Shown piece after piece: positions 62,378 through 64,000 of a DNA stretch of 64,000 bases. The first letter of the stretch is position 1. Each line of letters begins with the position of its first letter. The translations under genes and the position numbers were made by a program. Origin of the DNA: an uncultured Leptolinea sp. (GTDB taxonomy: Bacteria > Chloroflexota > Anaerolineae > Anaerolineales > Anaerolineaceae); contig CAYZCO010000001.1 of assembly GCA_964476915.1 (NCBI GenBank), positions 4,253-68,252 on the forward strand, read 5' to 3'. Below the pieces are notes generated by a model. That model was not told where the DNA came from and searched no databases. It saw only the letters and a program-made list of their open reading frames with translations.

Positions 62378-64000
62378 ATGAACGCAGAGAATCCCGTTTT
62401 CAACACCGCCATGAAATCAGGCCACTCAGCAGCATGGGACCGGCAGTGGGAGCAGGCTGCCGAGTATTACCGAGCAGCGTTGAAAGAAATACCTGACCAT
62501 CCAGCTGCACTGGCGAACCTGGGATTGGTGTTGTACGAGACCCGGCAATTTGATGAAGCGTTGCAGTACTACCAGCGCCTGGCACAAATTTCTCCGCAGG
62601 ACGGCTTGGCGCAGGAAAGGATCGGTCGGATCAAAGAAAAGCAGGGTTTGAGGGTAGAAGCCCTCAGGGCTTACAGCCTGGCTGCTGATTTATACCTGCG
62701 ATTGCGTGATGTAGATAAAGCCATCGAAAACCTGCTGCGTTTTATTTCGCTTGAGCCTGAACATCTGCTTGCCCGGTCGAGGCTGGCAATGATCTATGAA
62801 AAGGTTGATAAGAAACCAGAGGCTGTCGGTGAATACCTGGCAGTGGCCAGTATTTATCAGCGCCTGGGGGATATTTCGCGTGCCATGAAATCCATAGAAC
62901 ACGCCCTGCAGATCCTGCCTGACCATCCTGCACCAAAACAGGCATTGCTGCAGCTCAGGAACAACCAGCTTCTGCCCAAGCCGCTTGCTCCACGCATTGG
63001 AAGCGGCCCGGTCAAACTCCAGGAATTCCGCAAGGGCGAAGACAGCGAGGATGCAGACAAAAAACAGGCAGACCCGATTACTGAAGCCATGGAAAAAGCC
63101 CTTTCGGAGCTTGCTTCGCTGATGCTGGACCAGGGTGAAGGGAACAGCAAGGAGGAGCGTAAGGGAATTTCTGCCTTCACCCGCGGTACAGGCGGCCTTT
63201 CACTGGCTGAAAATGAACGCCGGCTGGTACTCCTGCACCTGGGGCAGGCAATTGATTACCAAACCCAGGGCAATGAGGAAAGGGCGATCGAAGAATTGAA
63301 TAAAGCCCACACGATTGGGTTGCACAGCGCCGCTGCACATTACACCATCGGCAACCTGCTTGCACGGAGAGCAGATAAAAATTGCCTGCTGCACCTGCAG
63401 AAGGTGACCGGTTCGCAAGACTATTCACTGGCTTCCTACCTGCTGATGGGTCAATTCCATGAGAAACTGCACCAGTATCCCCTGGCAGCCCAAAACTTTC
63501 TGAGGGCGCTTCGTACTGCCGACCTGACCACAGTCAGCAGTGACATGGTTGAAATGCTCTACCAGGCATATGAACCGATGGTAGACAGCATTACCAGCAG
63601 CCAGGACAATGAAAGACTGGTGGGTCTTTGTACTGCCATTTCTGACCTGTTGATCCGGCCGGACTGGAAACGGCACATCCTTGCTGCGCGCCAGGGGCTG
63701 CCCACCATCGAAGAAAGCGGATTCCCGGTGCCCCTGGCGGAAATGATCCTGGACACGGGCACAAGCAGCATGCTGGATTCGATGGCGCGTATCAACGCCC
63801 TCGGAAACCAGGACCGGATGTATTCCGCCTTCGAAGAAGCTTACCAGTTGATCGTTCAGGCGCCTAGCTACCTTCCCCTGCATGCCCAGATCGCAGAATT
63901 GCTGTTGAAAGACGGAAAGACCCAGGAATCAGTTTATAAATTCCTGTTGACAGCCCGGCTTTATGTCCTGCGGGGGGAACCTGCCCAGGCAATCAGGATT
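62378..64000 (+). CDS. TPR-repeat protein, 3' end outside the window
   Basis: Manual translation from ATG at 62378 stays open to the window end (541 codons): MNAENPVFNTAMKSGHSAAWDRQWEQAAEYYRAALKEIPDHPAALANLGLVLYE... Multiple 34-aa TPR-like units. Not listed in the ORF track because it has no stop inside the window. Confidence 0.6.
   Translation, partial: MNAENPVFNTAMKSGHSAAWDRQWEQAAEYYRAALKEIPDHPAALANLGLVLYETRQFDEALQYYQRLAQISPQDGLAQERIGRIKEKQGLRVEALRAYSLAADLYLRLRDVDKAIENLLRFISLEPEHLLARSRLAMIYEKVDKKPEAVGEYLAVASIYQRLGDISRAMKSIEHALQILPDHPAPKQALLQLRNNQLLPKPLAPRIGSGPVKLQEFRKGEDSEDADKKQADPITEAMEKALSELASLMLDQGEGNSKEERKGISAFTRGTGGLSLAENERRLVLLHLGQAIDYQTQGNEERAIEELNKAHTIGLHSAAAHYTIGNLLARRADKNCLLHLQKVTGSQDYSLASYLLMGQFHEKLHQYPLAAQNFLRALRTADLTTVSSDMVEMLYQAYEPMVDSITSSQDNERLVGLCTAISDLLIRPDWKRHILAARQGLPTIEESGFPVPLAEMILDTGTSSMLDSMARINALGNQDRMYSAFEEAYQLIVQAPSYLPLHAQIAELLLKDGKTQESVYKFLLTARLYVLRGEPAQAIRI

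Noticed and set aside
1-64000. CRISPR arrays / cas genes
   Set aside because: No regularly spaced direct repeats of 25-40 bp were seen anywhere, and there are no Cas-like proteins among the ORFs.

Overview
This 64-kb window is a high-GC bacterial chromosomal segment (GC judged by eye only, not computed) that interrupts itself with a ~11.8-kb AT-rich island. The island (about 24.4-36.2 kb) is the most interesting feature and looks like a previously undescribed chaperone-plus-ATPase system.

The backbone is densely packed with housekeeping genes: lpdA, trpS, miaB, rnz, dnaE, nth, metK, dnaA, greA, lysS and polA. It also carries two tRNAs (Arg-CCU and Gly-UCC), several clear intrinsic terminators, a SAM-I riboswitch with a terminator expression platform in front of metK, and a SelW/Rdx-type selenoprotein gene. 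That gene has an in-frame UGA at the CxxU motif and is translationally coupled to trpS.

The island has ten minus-strand genes and appears to be fused into a flavodoxin-like gene that also carries a frameshift. It encodes:
- a short Hsp70;
- two J-like-domain proteins (HHD and HND instead of HPD) fused to zinc ribbons and C-terminal membrane anchors;
- two further zinc-ribbon proteins;
- an SPFH/band-7-like protein;
- a ~990-aa HerA/FtsK-superfamily ATPase, followed by an acidic disordered protein, an HExxH zincin-like protein and a small protein.

The island has no integrase, phage or conjugation genes.

Other points of interest are a REC/roadblock/IS200-TnpA-like fusion with a degenerate HuH motif, and an NHLP-like peptide / membrane protein / 52-aa hydrophobic peptide operon next to a MalT-type STAND regulator with a C-terminal SARP domain. 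dnaA has no dnaN downstream, and its palindrome-rich upstream region has no consensus DnaA boxes. DnaE carries a low-complexity C-terminal extension. An AAC(3)-family acetyltransferase gene is also present.
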